From contig CP075492.1 of assembly GCA_021613535.1 (NCBI GenBank), forward strand, positions 2,790,001 through 2,854,000: a stretch of 64,000 nt of DNA, written 5' to 3'. Source of the stretch: Adineta vaga. Its lineage: Eukaryota; Animalia; Rotifera. Positions within the stretch are counted from its first letter, which is position 1. Each line of letters starts with the position of its first letter. Under the pieces are notes generated by a model. It had not been told where the DNA came from. It did no database searches and saw only the letters and a list, made by a program, of their open reading frames with translations. Both the position numbers and the translations under genes were made by a program. Shown here one piece after another: positions 53,652 to 64,000 of this stretch.

Positions 53652-55243
53652 TAACGGGTGTCACAAAATGAATGAGCCTCTCCTTATTTTTCATTTTTCT
53701 CCCCTATTTTTCGGCATGGGAAAGCAAATTTTTTTATCAAAAGATTCCTCGTCAAATTCTCTACAAACGTAGATACTTTTATTATCTTAAATAATTTCCA
53801 TCATTCTGTGACATACGATACAATCTATTGGTCCAAGAAGCACAACTTTCAAAGACAATATTTTTTCGAATTTTTTTTACTGCACGTTTTAATTCTTGGA
53901 TCAATGTTGGTTTAGATATCACTTTATTCCAGTTGATCACCTTCACAAATTCATCCCAAATACAGTAATCCAATGGGTTAAGATCAGGGCTGTTAGGTGG
54001 CCAATGGTCTTTATCAATAAATACTGGAAAATTGTCTCGATCCTCTTTTTTTATTTTCTCAACATTTTTTGCAAAAGATTCAGTTTTCTGATAATGAAAA
54101 GCGAAGATTTACAGAAAGTGGTAGCCTTGAAACATCAAAATGGTGACAATCCAACGAAGGTTTTTCGTGATTTGAATGGGGTAATCGGTTTAGCAACTAT
54201 CAAAAGATGGTACAAAATGATTGATGAAACTGGTTCTATCAATTTATCAGTGTCATCAGGTCGTCCACGTACAGCTCGAACTAATGCCAACATCAAGAAG
54301 GTCAAGCAAAAGCTACAACGAAAAAAGATATCGACTAGAGGACTTGCACTTGATCTGAGTATATCTCACGAAAGTGCTCGCAGAATTCTTCGGGATGATC
54401 TTGGCTGTCGACCTTATAAACATGTGATCGAACCAGCACTTACCGAAGAGCAGAAAGAAAAAAGAAAAAAGTTTGCCAACTGGATACGAACAAATTTTCG
54501 AAAGCAGGAAATATTGAAAATTCTGTTTTCTGACGAAAAAATGTTCGACATTGATGGAGCTTACAATAGCCAGAACGATCGTATATGGGCTGCAAATCGT
54601 GATGAAGCTAATCAGAAAGGTGGTATTCATCAGAAAAAAAAATTTCCTGAAAAAGTCATGGTATGGCTTGGTGTATGTTCCAAAGGTGTATCTCCATTGG
54701 TGATATTTGAAAAAGGTACAGTCAACCATGATCGATACATTAAGGAGGTGCTTCCTGTGGCACTTAAATATGGAAATCATGTGTTTGGAAACGATTGGAC
54801 ATTCCAACAAGATGGGGCTAGACCCCATACTCATCGTTTAACACAACAATGGTGTCATGACAATTTTCCAGTATTTATTGATAAAGACCATTGGCCACCT
54901 AACAGCCCTGATCTTAACCCATTGGATTACTGTATTTGGGATGAATTTGTGAAGGTGATCAACTGGAATAAAGTGACATCTAAACCAACATTGATCCAAG
55001 AATTAAAACGTGCAGTAAAAAAAATTCGAAAAAATATTGTCTTTGAAAGTTGTGCTTCTTGGACCAATAGATTGTATCGTATGTCACAGAATGATGGAAA
55101 TTATTTAAGATAATAAAAGTATCTACGTTTGTAGAGAATTTGACGAGGAATCTTTTGATAAAAAAATTTGCTTTCCCATGCCGAAAAATAGGGGAGAAAA
55201 ATGAAAAATAAGGAGAGGCTCATTCATTTTGTGACACCCGTTA
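53652..55243 (+). mobile_element. Tc1/mariner-superfamily DD37D (maT-type) DNA transposon with 385-bp inverted ends, flanked by TA
   Basis: 53652-54036 is the reverse complement of 54859-55243 (one difference noticed). TA flanks both ends (TATAACGGGTGTC...GACACCCGTTATA). Confidence 0.93.
54094..55113 (+). CDS. DD37D transposase, 339 aa, intact
   Basis: N-terminal HTH with SGRP; FSDEK, QQDGA and WPPNSPDLNPLD, with 37 residues between the 2nd and 3rd Asp. Confidence 0.93.
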   Translation: MKSEDLQKVVALKHQNGDNPTKVFRDLNGVIGLATIKRWYKMIDETGSINLSVSSGRPRTARTNANIKKVKQKLQRKKISTRGLALDLSISHESARRILRDDLGCRPYKHVIEPALTEEQKEKRKKFANWIRTNFRKQEILKILFSDEKMFDIDGAYNSQNDRIWAANRDEANQKGGIHQKKKFPEKVMVWLGVCSKGVSPLVIFEKGTVNHDRYIKEVLPVALKYGNHVFGNDWTFQQDGARPHTHRLTQQWCHDNFPVFIDKDHWPPNSPDLNPLDYCIWDEFVKVINWNKVTSKPTLIQELKRAVKKIRKNIVFESCASWTNRLYRMSQNDGNYLR

Positions 55244-55538
55244 TAAACGTTCCATTGAACTCCAAACAAATATTTCAGATTTGTGATGAACAGTTGATGA
55301 TACTGAACGGGATATTACACTCAAATTGCATCTAAAAAATACAGATTGCATTACTTTTGGCATTAGTCAAGATAAATAAATAAATAAATATGATTACTTG
55401 AATAATGATCTATCTGAGAATGTATACGTGGCGGTAAGACAGGTGCTGATAACGGTATTGGATGGATAGATCAAACACGTACTGATAATTTTTAAGTAAG
55501 CGACGAATATTCTCTATAGTTTTACTTGATTGGTTTCT

Positions 55539-55838
55539 TTATCGATACTTTTTTAAAAGTTTCAACAATGCACAAGCACACAGACATAAGGAACATCCGA
55601 TACCACATACAAATGCAAATAGAGCTGATCTATAATAAACTAAAATAGTGTAAATAACAAAATCATATGTTTTCAATGTTTCTCTGTTTTTAAGCAGTTG
55701 ACTGATATATACGATAGTAGTAATGATGAGAATGGGACTTTCTATAATGGTTAGTATGGCTATAAATCCTTTCCAAATTGAGTATATTTTATCTTCATCT
55801 TCATCTTCCTCATCATTATCCATATCAGATATATACAT
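55539..55838 (-). CDS. Small hydrophobic protein or gene remnant
   Basis: Acidic patch, two hydrophobic segments and a Cys-rich tail. The upstream frame has stops, so gene structure is unresolved. Confidence 0.35.
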   Translation of the reverse strand: MYISDMDNDEEDEDEDKIYSIWKGFIAILTIIESPILIITTIVYISQLLKNRETLKTYDFVIYTILVYYRSALFAFVCGIGCSLCLCACALLKLLKKYR

Positions 55839-56531
55839 CGCAATTTTTTCTACGATAATTAAACCAAAAGTCGTGAATACCCGTTATAATATTAAAACCC
55901 TACATAACTACCTTACGCCAGTCCATCTACCTGCCTGTGGTAGCTTGTTCTCTATCGATTGCAACATTTTTTGTTCATGTCAGGTACTTATTAACTTGTT
56001 CTTCTTTATCTTTATTTATTATCTACTGTTGTTTTGTTACATGAGTCTTAAGAAAAGTGTGGTCCTGTCTTTCTATGCATTCAAACCTGATGAAAGCTAT
56101 TGCAACCACACATTGAAAACAAAAACGGTACAGTACCAAACTATTTTTGCAACGAGATCGAAACTCACAAAAAGGTATCGTAAACATACAAGATCCGTTG
56201 AAATCATCTTTTAACTGATGCGCAATCCCCTTTGAAGGTTTCGCAGATTTTCTACGTAGCCTAAAATTGGTTTAGCATTAATTACAAACACCGAAACCTT
56301 TTTTGGATTTCATGGGACCTACAAAAACGTCCATTTGAGTTTCTTTTTGGGTAAAGAATCTTATTTGTTTCAATACGAAAGAGGTGCGCATAGGAGGGTG
56401 ATTTAATTTATTTATCATTTTCAATTCAGTGATCGGTAAGCTCCCAAATCAAGTAGACTGCTGTAGACAGACTTTTAAGAGAAATACGACGTTTCTCTGG
56501 GCCAGCAGTAAAATTCTGTAGACCTATTTTG

Positions 56532-56600
56532 AGAGTGTAGGTTTAGATGAGGGCGAGATTGTCTCTTACTCAGTTCTACGCTCACCCACACCCACACTCT
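56532..56600. repeat. Telomere-like inverted repeat unit
   Basis: AGAGTGTAGGTTTAGATGAG...CTCACCCACACCCACACTCT, with 16 of 20 positions complementary. Confidence 0.7.
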
Positions 56601-56817
56601 ATCCACATGCTTTCTGCTATTCCTTCATTCTTATCTATACTATTTTTGTTTTCCGATTGACAGTGTGTGTGATGACGTTAATTTTCTTGTATACCTGTAC
56701 CCGTATCAGAATCTCGCCCACATCCTCACCCATTTTATATACGAGAACCATGTAACAAAACCAACAATGCCTGACTTATATTTCACAATACACGTCTATT
56801 TTGATTTATAGACTACC

Positions 56818-58305
56818 GTGGAAGCTACTGGGATGAGTGACGGTGACACGAAAATGGAAAAACAAAAGAAAGAACAGCAAAAGACCTTTCTTGGCTATCA
56901 GTTGAATGAAAAACTTAACTATTCAGAAAAGCTTTCATTTATGCTCGACATTCATACAAACAACGTCGGGGATCCGTTTGTAAACGGAAATTGTACAACT
57001 AATACAAAGGTTATCGAACGAGCAGTACTCGATTATTTCGCAAATTTATGGCATGCTCAATATCCGAGTGATCCAGCTAATGAGGAATCTTATTGGGGTT
57101 ATATATTGAGTATGGGCTGTACAGAGGGAAATTTGTATGCTCTTTATAATGCTCGAAATTATTTGCAAGGCAAAGCGTTATATCGAGAAGCAGATCAGGA
57201 TTTCTCATATGTCGGATCACTAAAAGAAAATGTTAAAACTAAAAATGCCTATCATCCTGTAGCGTTCTTCTCTCAAGATACTCATTATTCAATAGCAAAA
57301 GCAGTTCGAGTTCTTGAGATTCGAACATTTTGTGAAATAGGTGAAGCAAAATACAAAGGCCAATGTCCGATTACACAAGATGGTCGGTGGCCAAGAGAAG
57401 TTCCATCCGAGTATGGCAATGAAGGACCAGGCTCGATTGATGTAGATAAACTTGTTCAACTGGTGGAATTTTTTGCTAAAAAAGGCTATCCACCGTTGAT
57501 CGTACTTAACTTAGGCACAACATTCAAAGGTGCATATGATGACGTCGAAAAAGTAGGTAATCTTTTACAACCTATTCTGGAAACATACAAACTAGCTACG
57601 CGAAAGGTTAATTATGCCCCTGGCACATCTGATAACCGTACAGGTTACTGGATTCATGTCGATGGTGCTTTAGGCGGATCATATTTACCATTCCTTAAAA
57701 AAGCAGGTGGTCGTGTACAAGGACATATTCCCAAGTTTGATTTTTCTTTACCCTTTGTTCATTCAATTGTTACCAGTGCTCATAAGTACCCGGGTAGCCC
57801 GATGCCGGGTGGCATTTACATGACAAAGCGTAAATATCAAATTGCACCACCTGATGATCCTGAATACACTGGTTCACCTGATACAACATTTGCCGGTTCA
57901 CGTAATGGTATTGTGCCAGCTATAATGTGGTGTTATTATGCTAGTACTAGCGATGAGATAGAGTCGGATAGAGCTGTCAAAATGGAAGAGACCGCGCAAT
58001 ACGCCGAAACGAAATTGAAAGAATTAGAAAATGAGTATCAGAATTATGGTTACAAATTATGGGTGCAACGTGCTCCACTTTCGCTTTCAATAAGATTTCG
58101 AGATCCAGAAAACCATGAAATTATACGAAAATATAGTTTATCTCAAATGAAATTACAAATTGATGGCGAAACAAAGCCAAGAAAATATGTACATATTTTC
58201 ATTATGCAAAGTGTAACAAACGAGATAATGGATAAACTAATTGTGGATTTAAGATATGTATATAGTGAAACGTTCTTTTCTATACAAGACAAAGTGACTC
58301 AGTAG
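56818..58305 (+). CDS. Group II PLP-dependent decarboxylase, bacterial histidine decarboxylase / plant serine decarboxylase type
   Basis: FLGYQ, NNVGDPF, ERAVLDYFA, WGYILSMGCTEGNL, THYSIAK, GTTFKGAYD, IHVDGAL, SAHK (PLP Lys) and GSRNG. True start uncertain (AG acceptor near 56811). Confidence 0.85.
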   Translation: MEATGMSDGDTKMEKQKKEQQKTFLGYQLNEKLNYSEKLSFMLDIHTNNVGDPFVNGNCTTNTKVIERAVLDYFANLWHAQYPSDPANEESYWGYILSMGCTEGNLYALYNARNYLQGKALYREADQDFSYVGSLKENVKTKNAYHPVAFFSQDTHYSIAKAVRVLEIRTFCEIGEAKYKGQCPITQDGRWPREVPSEYGNEGPGSIDVDKLVQLVEFFAKKGYPPLIVLNLGTTFKGAYDDVEKVGNLLQPILETYKLATRKVNYAPGTSDNRTGYWIHVDGALGGSYLPFLKKAGGRVQGHIPKFDFSLPFVHSIVTSAHKYPGSPMPGGIYMTKRKYQIAPPDDPEYTGSPDTTFAGSRNGIVPAIMWCYYASTSDEIESDRAVKMEETAQYAETKLKELENEYQNYGYKLWVQRAPLSLSIRFRDPENHEIIRKYSLSQMKLQIDGETKPRKYVHIFIMQSVTNEIMDKLIVDLRYVYSETFFSIQDKVTQ

Positions 58306-58680
58306 GAAATATGCATTCGAAGTAAAAATGAAAAAAAAATAGTTAACCGCGTCGCAAATGTATCATACCCTGATGACAACTTTAAAAAAACAAAATTCCA
58401 CTGGCATCTGTTACCACGTATAATATTATATATATATAAAGACATACAATTAATCAGAAAAATTCCTTAGTTAATCATGGTTTTTCGTTTATGTAGAATT
58501 TATTTTTCCAATTGACTGAACTATTTTTTAGTGCTGCCCAACACATTTCCTCTGTTATGCTATCTGATTCTTTGCGCTCTTAATTATGGAATTTATTAAC
58601 GATATGTCATACTTACAATTCAATTTTGTTTCCTTGATTGAAGAGAGAGTGATACGCAAAACCCAAATGCATTTGCTTAT

Positions 58681-58728
58681 TGGGTAGGTGTGGGTGTTAG
58701 ATATATGTAGTATCCCCACCCACACTCA
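58681..58728. repeat. Telomere-like inverted repeat unit
   Basis: TGGGTAGGTGTGGGTG...CCCCACCCACACTCA, between convergent genes. Confidence 0.75.
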
Positions 58729-58856
58729 ACTATACGAAGTATTCAGAATATCGAAAGATTATCTGTGAAAAACATATCCTTTTTAGTAAAATTTTATTTC
58801 GAATTGCATAAAAAAACACACAAAATCAATTGAATTACTTAGCAAAGATAAATTTG

Positions 58857-61076
58857 CTAATTTATAAACGATATAAAAATGAACCATACCACACTTATTA
58901 AAAGAAAATAAATAGAAGATTTGAGGCTTCTAAAAACCTTATTATAAATAAGACAAGTAATCATATAGCTCACGAAACCTTTCATAAGTAAAGATAACCA
59001 AAAATTAATTGAAAACCAGTGATATACAAACTTATCCATAATGGGATTTGTATAAATAGTGTTCGTTGCCATGATAAGACTTCCTATATTTCCACTTTTA
59101 TTCCTAAGTCCAAATATTTTCTTTATTTTATACCAAAAATATTCAAATCGTCGTCGTTTGTAGGAAGAAGAAATTCTATTTGATGACTAAAAAGAATCGA
59201 AAATCAAATTCATATGATCAAATTATGACTCACTCGTTCTCCCAACCATAAATGAATACATTCAAATTCATAATGATCTACTTTTAAAAATCCATTTTGG
59301 CATGTAGCATTACAATGAACATATTGTTTGATATCATTAACGATTAATTTTTGATCAAATTCTGTAGATATTAATGTGTCCTTACCGAATAATGAATAAT
59401 AAATGTTATCTTGTTAATCGTTTAAATTTATCAATACAATAAATCATATCTGATCGAGATTTAATAGGCCATATATTTATATGTTCAACATATGGAAATA
59501 AATAACTTAATTTTTCTAAATCATAAATACTTTGTTCTAAAAGCCAATCTAAGTTGAATTTTAATGTACGTATTTGTTTCAATTGTGTGTCTTGTTGATC
59601 CGGGAAATGAAGTTCATTGTTGCATTTTTCAAAATGTAAAGTATGAAGTTTTGTTATTGTATAATGTTGAATATCTTTTAATAGATGATATGAATTACGA
59701 GTAATATTTAAATATTCGATTTGATTTAAATCAATAATTGATGATAAAATTTCAAATGAGTCATTCCAATACAATCGAAGTTTTCTAATTGAAGTAAATC
59801 GAAATGTATTGTTAAGAAAAATTCTTCGTTGAAAAATCGAATATTGAGGTTGATAGAGAAGACTATGATTTGGGATTGTTGAATATAAAGATGTTGATGA
59901 AGATAAATAAATGTATGGAAGACCAAAATCAGACAAAGAAACAGTAAAGAAACATTTGTCATAAAACGAAACAAACCAACGTTTTTCTTCAATCCAAAAT
60001 GAAGTTCGAAAGGAATCAAAATTTTTTTCTGTTAAGAAATCTGTCACATGAAATATAAAATTAAATGAAATAAAAGTTTGTGTAATCCTTTGCCATTGAT
60101 ATCCATCAACTAGACTCATATCACCAGGTCCACATATATCTTTGATTTCAAAATGAAGTAAATTTGGAAAATTTTGCAAGAATTGTTCAATACTATTGAT
60201 TGATATTTGTGCACCTATGAATTATATAACAACAAAGAAAGAACATATTATTGAGATTCTCAAATTTCAATACTTACAACCAATTATGAGACTAAGTCTT
60301 CTTAATGAATATAATGGATTAATTTCATGAAAACCATCAAAACGATGGAGAAAAAGAGTAAGAGATTTTAGTTGAAGAGTATGTTGAAGAATTTTATTGA
60401 TATTTTGTAATGAATATGAACTCAGTTTCAATTGAAGTAAATTTGGAAAATGAATCAACGTTAATTCATCGGAATAAATTGTTGATAGATATTTTAATTG
60501 TTCTAATATTTTATGATAAAATTTGGGTAAAACTGAATATATTTTATCATTGTGTTTGATTTCTCCAATTGTATCTTCATTGAATTTTCCTTTTCCATCT
60601 GAAGTATCAAATGAAAGAGAATGTAGTTGTTTAAGTTCAGATAGATTAGGTAAAATTTTAAGTAATAATTCGTTTTCAATCGTTATCAAAGAAATTGATC
60701 GTAAATTTACAAATTGTTTTATTTGAAAATAGCACAAAAAGAAACTTGATTGATATGGTGTATCACTTTTATCAGAAAGTTTCAATGAAACGACTTGTTC
60801 TGGTCGAATTTGTTTACAAATTGAATCAAAATCAGATTTAGGAATGGAATGAAAATTGACTCGATAAAATGAATAAGATTTTAGAATTGATTGAATTCGA
60901 TTATTAAGATTTGAAAATGAATAAAGAATTTCATGAGCCGAAAAATATTCAAATAAAACATAAAATAATTCATTTGGTAATCGATTCAATTGATCGATTT
61001 TTGTATCACAATTATAAATAATGAATGTTTTGTCTCCGTTTTTTGTTTGACGAGAAAATCTATGTCTAGTTAACAT
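58857..61076 (-). CDS. F-box / LRR-like protein with C-terminal hydrophobic anchor; one frameshift near 59405
   Basis: F-box LNRLPNELFYVLFEYF. In-frame intron 60277-60215. After TAA at 59408-59406 the adjacent frame continues to CIHLWLGER, and intron 59233-59187 leads in frame into the hydrophobic ORF 59072-58857. Confidence 0.72.
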
Positions 61077-61221
61077 GTTTGAAGATGTAAACCGATAAAA
61101 AACTCAGTTAACATAGATAACAATCGTTTATAAAGGTAAGAATGGCAACCTAACTTATCTATGAGTCACAATTTTCAAAATTTTTTCTTTCATTTGAATA
61201 ATCAAAACTAAAAATTATGTT

Positions 61222-61263
61222 TGGATGTGGGCTCAGTTGCCTTTATACTCACATTCACTCACA
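61222..61263. repeat. Telomere-like inverted repeat unit (degenerate)
   Basis: TGGATGTGGG...ACTCACATTCACTCACA. Confidence 0.5.
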
Positions 61264-61408
61264 GCCTCAAGGAAAGAGTTGCAAAATCTTTTATTTTAAA
61301 ATCTTTTTGTATTTAAAATATATGATAAAATTTTACACATTACACGAATAAAGAAATGATAGTATTTATTATGATATCAGTTTGATAAATGTAAATGTGA
61401 TATTTTAT

Positions 61409-62551
61409 TTAGTTCTTCTTTGGAGCTGAGTCAGAAAATTGACTGGCGCAAGCGAATTCAGGATAACGTTCACCGACCACATCAGCTTTTTCACAAACTT
61501 CTCGAATTTCTTTTATTTCTTCTCTGTTTAACTTGATCTGAGCAGCCCCAACATTTTCTTCTAAGTTTTTGATTTTAGTTGTTCCTGGTATAATAATGAA
61601 ATCATTCCCTTGAGCAAGAATCCATGCTAATGTTAATTGACCAGGTGTACAACCTTTTTTCTTTGCTATTGTCGTCAATTCATCGGCCAATCTAAGATTT
61701 TTCGGAAAGTTTTCCTTAGAAAAACGTGGAAGCATTCTTCGGAAATCAGTTTCTTCAAAATCATCTGGACTTTTGATTTGTCCACTAAATAATCCACGAC
61801 CAAGAGGTGAATAACAAACAATAGCTACACCAAGTTCTCTACATGTTTTTAAAAGACCAATTTCATCTCTTTCAATATCCAAACTAAATGGTGAGTATTC
61901 AATTTGTACACAAGCAACTGGATGAACAGCATATGCTCGTTGTAATGTATTACTTGAACATTCAGATAAACCAATATATTTGATTTTACCAGATTTAACG
62001 AGTTCTTTTAGAGCATTCATTGTTTCTTCAATTGGTACAGTCCTATCGATACGATGAACATAATAAAGATCGATTGAATCAACACCGAGTCTTTTTAAAC
62101 TTTTTTCAAATGCTTCATGAACATATTGTGCATCACCACGAACTGAGAAAGATTTGAAATCAGGACTGACTACACACGCGAATTTTGTTGCAAGAAACAC
62201 CTATAAATTAGAAAATGTATTCAAATGACTATAATTTCATTATAGACTATCTTTCAGAATCTGTTGTTTTATCAAAATTTATATATTAACCTTTTTACGT
62301 TGTTGTGGATATTTCTTGAAATACTTTCCCAATAAATCTTCATTATCACCATAAATGTCGGCACTATCAAAATAAGTACTACCAAGTTCAATAGCACGGT
62401 CCAAGACTTTGAATCGTTCTTCATCGGATCCATGAGTTCCATAGGCTGTTGATAAACCCATTGCTCCATAACTAATAGCTGATACTTTTGGACCATTTTT
62501 ACCTAATTGCCGTTCAGGCATTAATGGACGAGTAGATAATCGATTACACAT
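61409..62551 (-). CDS. Aldo-keto reductase (YakC/AKR13-like), 2 exons
   Basis: The exon with GAMGLS...FDSADIYG joins across a 90-nt intron (62290-62201) to VFLATKF...IDLYYVHR...KYIGLSE...QIEYS...IPGTTK. Start at 62551 or 62521. Confidence 0.9.
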
Positions 62552-62687
62552 ATCGACTTTCACAAAGAGAAATAAACAATTTTTATACAGAAATATAAAA
62601 TAGTTAAACTGAATTTACACTGCAAATCAATTATCAAATATTCGCAGTATATATACTCATATAGAATACGTGGTAAAATAAAAAAAA

Positions 62688-62790
62688 AGATGAACGCATT
62701 TTCACTATATACTAAAAAAAGAAAGGTGAACGCATTCACACTCTATAGGAAAGAAAGAAAGAAAGAAAGGTGAACGCATTCGTACTATTC
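62688..62790. promoter_or_regulatory. Three direct repeats upstream of AKR
   Basis: TGAACGCATT at 62691, 62727 and 62771, each preceded by an A/GAAA tract. Confidence 0.4.
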
Positions 62791-63191
62791 TTCAAAATAC
62801 GAGGTATTATTACAAAGAGTAAGGTAACTGATTACGTCATTAATGCTATTCGTCAAATGCAATGCAAAGTTTGTCACTACCCAGAAATAACTGATACTTT
62901 CTGGCTTCCTAGTGTCACTTTATGGAAATATAAACATGTGTAACCAATAAGCGACGCAAAAGTCTTTGAAAAAATGTCAGATCCTGTTAATTCTTTGAGT
63001 ATTAAGGCTCTGAATTTGAAACGCGCCTTGTCACTTCCTTCATTGTTATATTGGTCTTGAACACAGCAAGATATCGAGGCTAGTTTTCGCTACCACATAG
63101 ACGACACTTCAGACTATACATTTATTCTAAAACTACAGCACTGAAAAGATCTCACACTCCGTAGGCTTCATAGTTTTCTCACAACCGCCTA

Positions 63192-63258
63192 GAGGGTGAG
63201 GATGATTGGAGCATCGTGCGGGTGTAGGTGAAGGCTGAATACCCACACCCACACCTTC
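63192..63258. repeat. Telomere-like inverted repeat unit
   Basis: GAGGGTGAGG...GGGTGTAGGTGAAGG-CTGAAT-ACCCACACCCACACCTTC. Confidence 0.75.
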
Positions 63259-64000
63259 AAGATGCACTAAAAGATCTCCAATTGATTATATATTTATAAT
63301 TGAACATGTATGATTTCTTTATTGTAGAATGAAACAGTTCCATTAAATACTAATCAAACTATTAATCGACTGTTAAGAACAGCGATATGTTCATCAATTT
63401 TTCTAATTGTGATCAAATATATGTTTTTTCCTTGTGTCTCTTGTAATGACGTTTGAAGAATTATTAAACAGTTTATTTCTATTTAACATTTACCATAGCT
63501 TTCTATTAAACGAATAAGATAAAATCATGCCGAAAAGCATTTGTAAACTTTTGGAACAAATTATTTACTCAATTTCACTGTCTACTCATTCATTGATCAA
63601 CATTTTCTTTCTGTTGTATTACATACTTTATCTATTAATGAAATATTTAAAATTAATTAAAAAAAGGAAATTCTAAACTTTTTGTAAATCTAAGAAGATG
63701 TGCGAGCTTGGATAGTTAATCATTTTTTCTTCTGATATAACATCGGACAGACATTAATAAAATGCCATTATTTCTCTAGTGATAGCCCGTTTACAATGCA
63801 TCTTATAGAGAAATTTAAAAAGTGACATCAAAAAACATTTTATCTTTTTTGTATAAGAAGATGACATGAAATGATAAAACCTTGTTGTTTCTAAAAATCC
63901 AACGTAGAACTAATTATCTTTCCTTGTGTAATAATCTTAGTGTCAAATTTTCTCAGTGAGAGTTTCATGCTGTTTTACATTTTAATTTTTTTTATTGAAT

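Noticed and set aside
53782-54093. ORF 53782-53973 and the N-terminal extension of ORF 53896
   Set aside because: Both are by-products of the inverted repeat; the transposase starts at 54094.
40024-59410. Programmed frameshifting at ~40027, ~51820 and ~59405
   Set aside because: No shared slippery or structural signal; single-base indels (two in homopolymers) are more simply mutation or assembly error.
62688-62790. CRISPR-like repeat-spacer pattern
   Set aside because: Only three short repeats with low-complexity spacers, in a eukaryotic context with no cas genes.

Overview
AT-rich eukaryotic DNA with many very short (about 45-65 nt) GT-AG introns. The gene repertoire suggests a bdelloid rotifer (Adineta/Rotaria-like; inference): LDLa/EGF-GPCR, ADP-ribosyltransferase-TPR proteins, F-box/LRR proteins and intron-bearing enzymes of microbial type. 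Contents: an LDLa/EGF class-A GPCR; a MITE-like foldback; two spliced aldo-keto reductases; two ART-TPR genes, one with a degenerate active site; a 2OG-Fe(II) oxygenase pseudogene; a giant (~8,500 aa) midasin-like protein with 6 AAA modules, Ig-like domains and four VWA domains; a LysM pseudogene; a small GPCR; a DD37D (maT) transposon whose left end is a 385-bp inverted copy of its right end; a histidine-decarboxylase-like PLP enzyme; and an F-box/LRR gene with a membrane anchor. Two observations stand out. (1) Short inverted pairs of telomere-like repeats, (GGGTGT)n-spacer-(ACACCC)n, occur in nearly every intergenic interval from ~8 kb onward and were not seen inside intact coding exons. (2) Three apparent tandem ORFs at 43.5-47.5 kb splice in frame into one ~1,307-aa protein made of three 2-TM/Cys-rich-loop units, possibly a natural single-chain trimeric channel or receptor. 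All calls come from reading the sequence; no searches were run.
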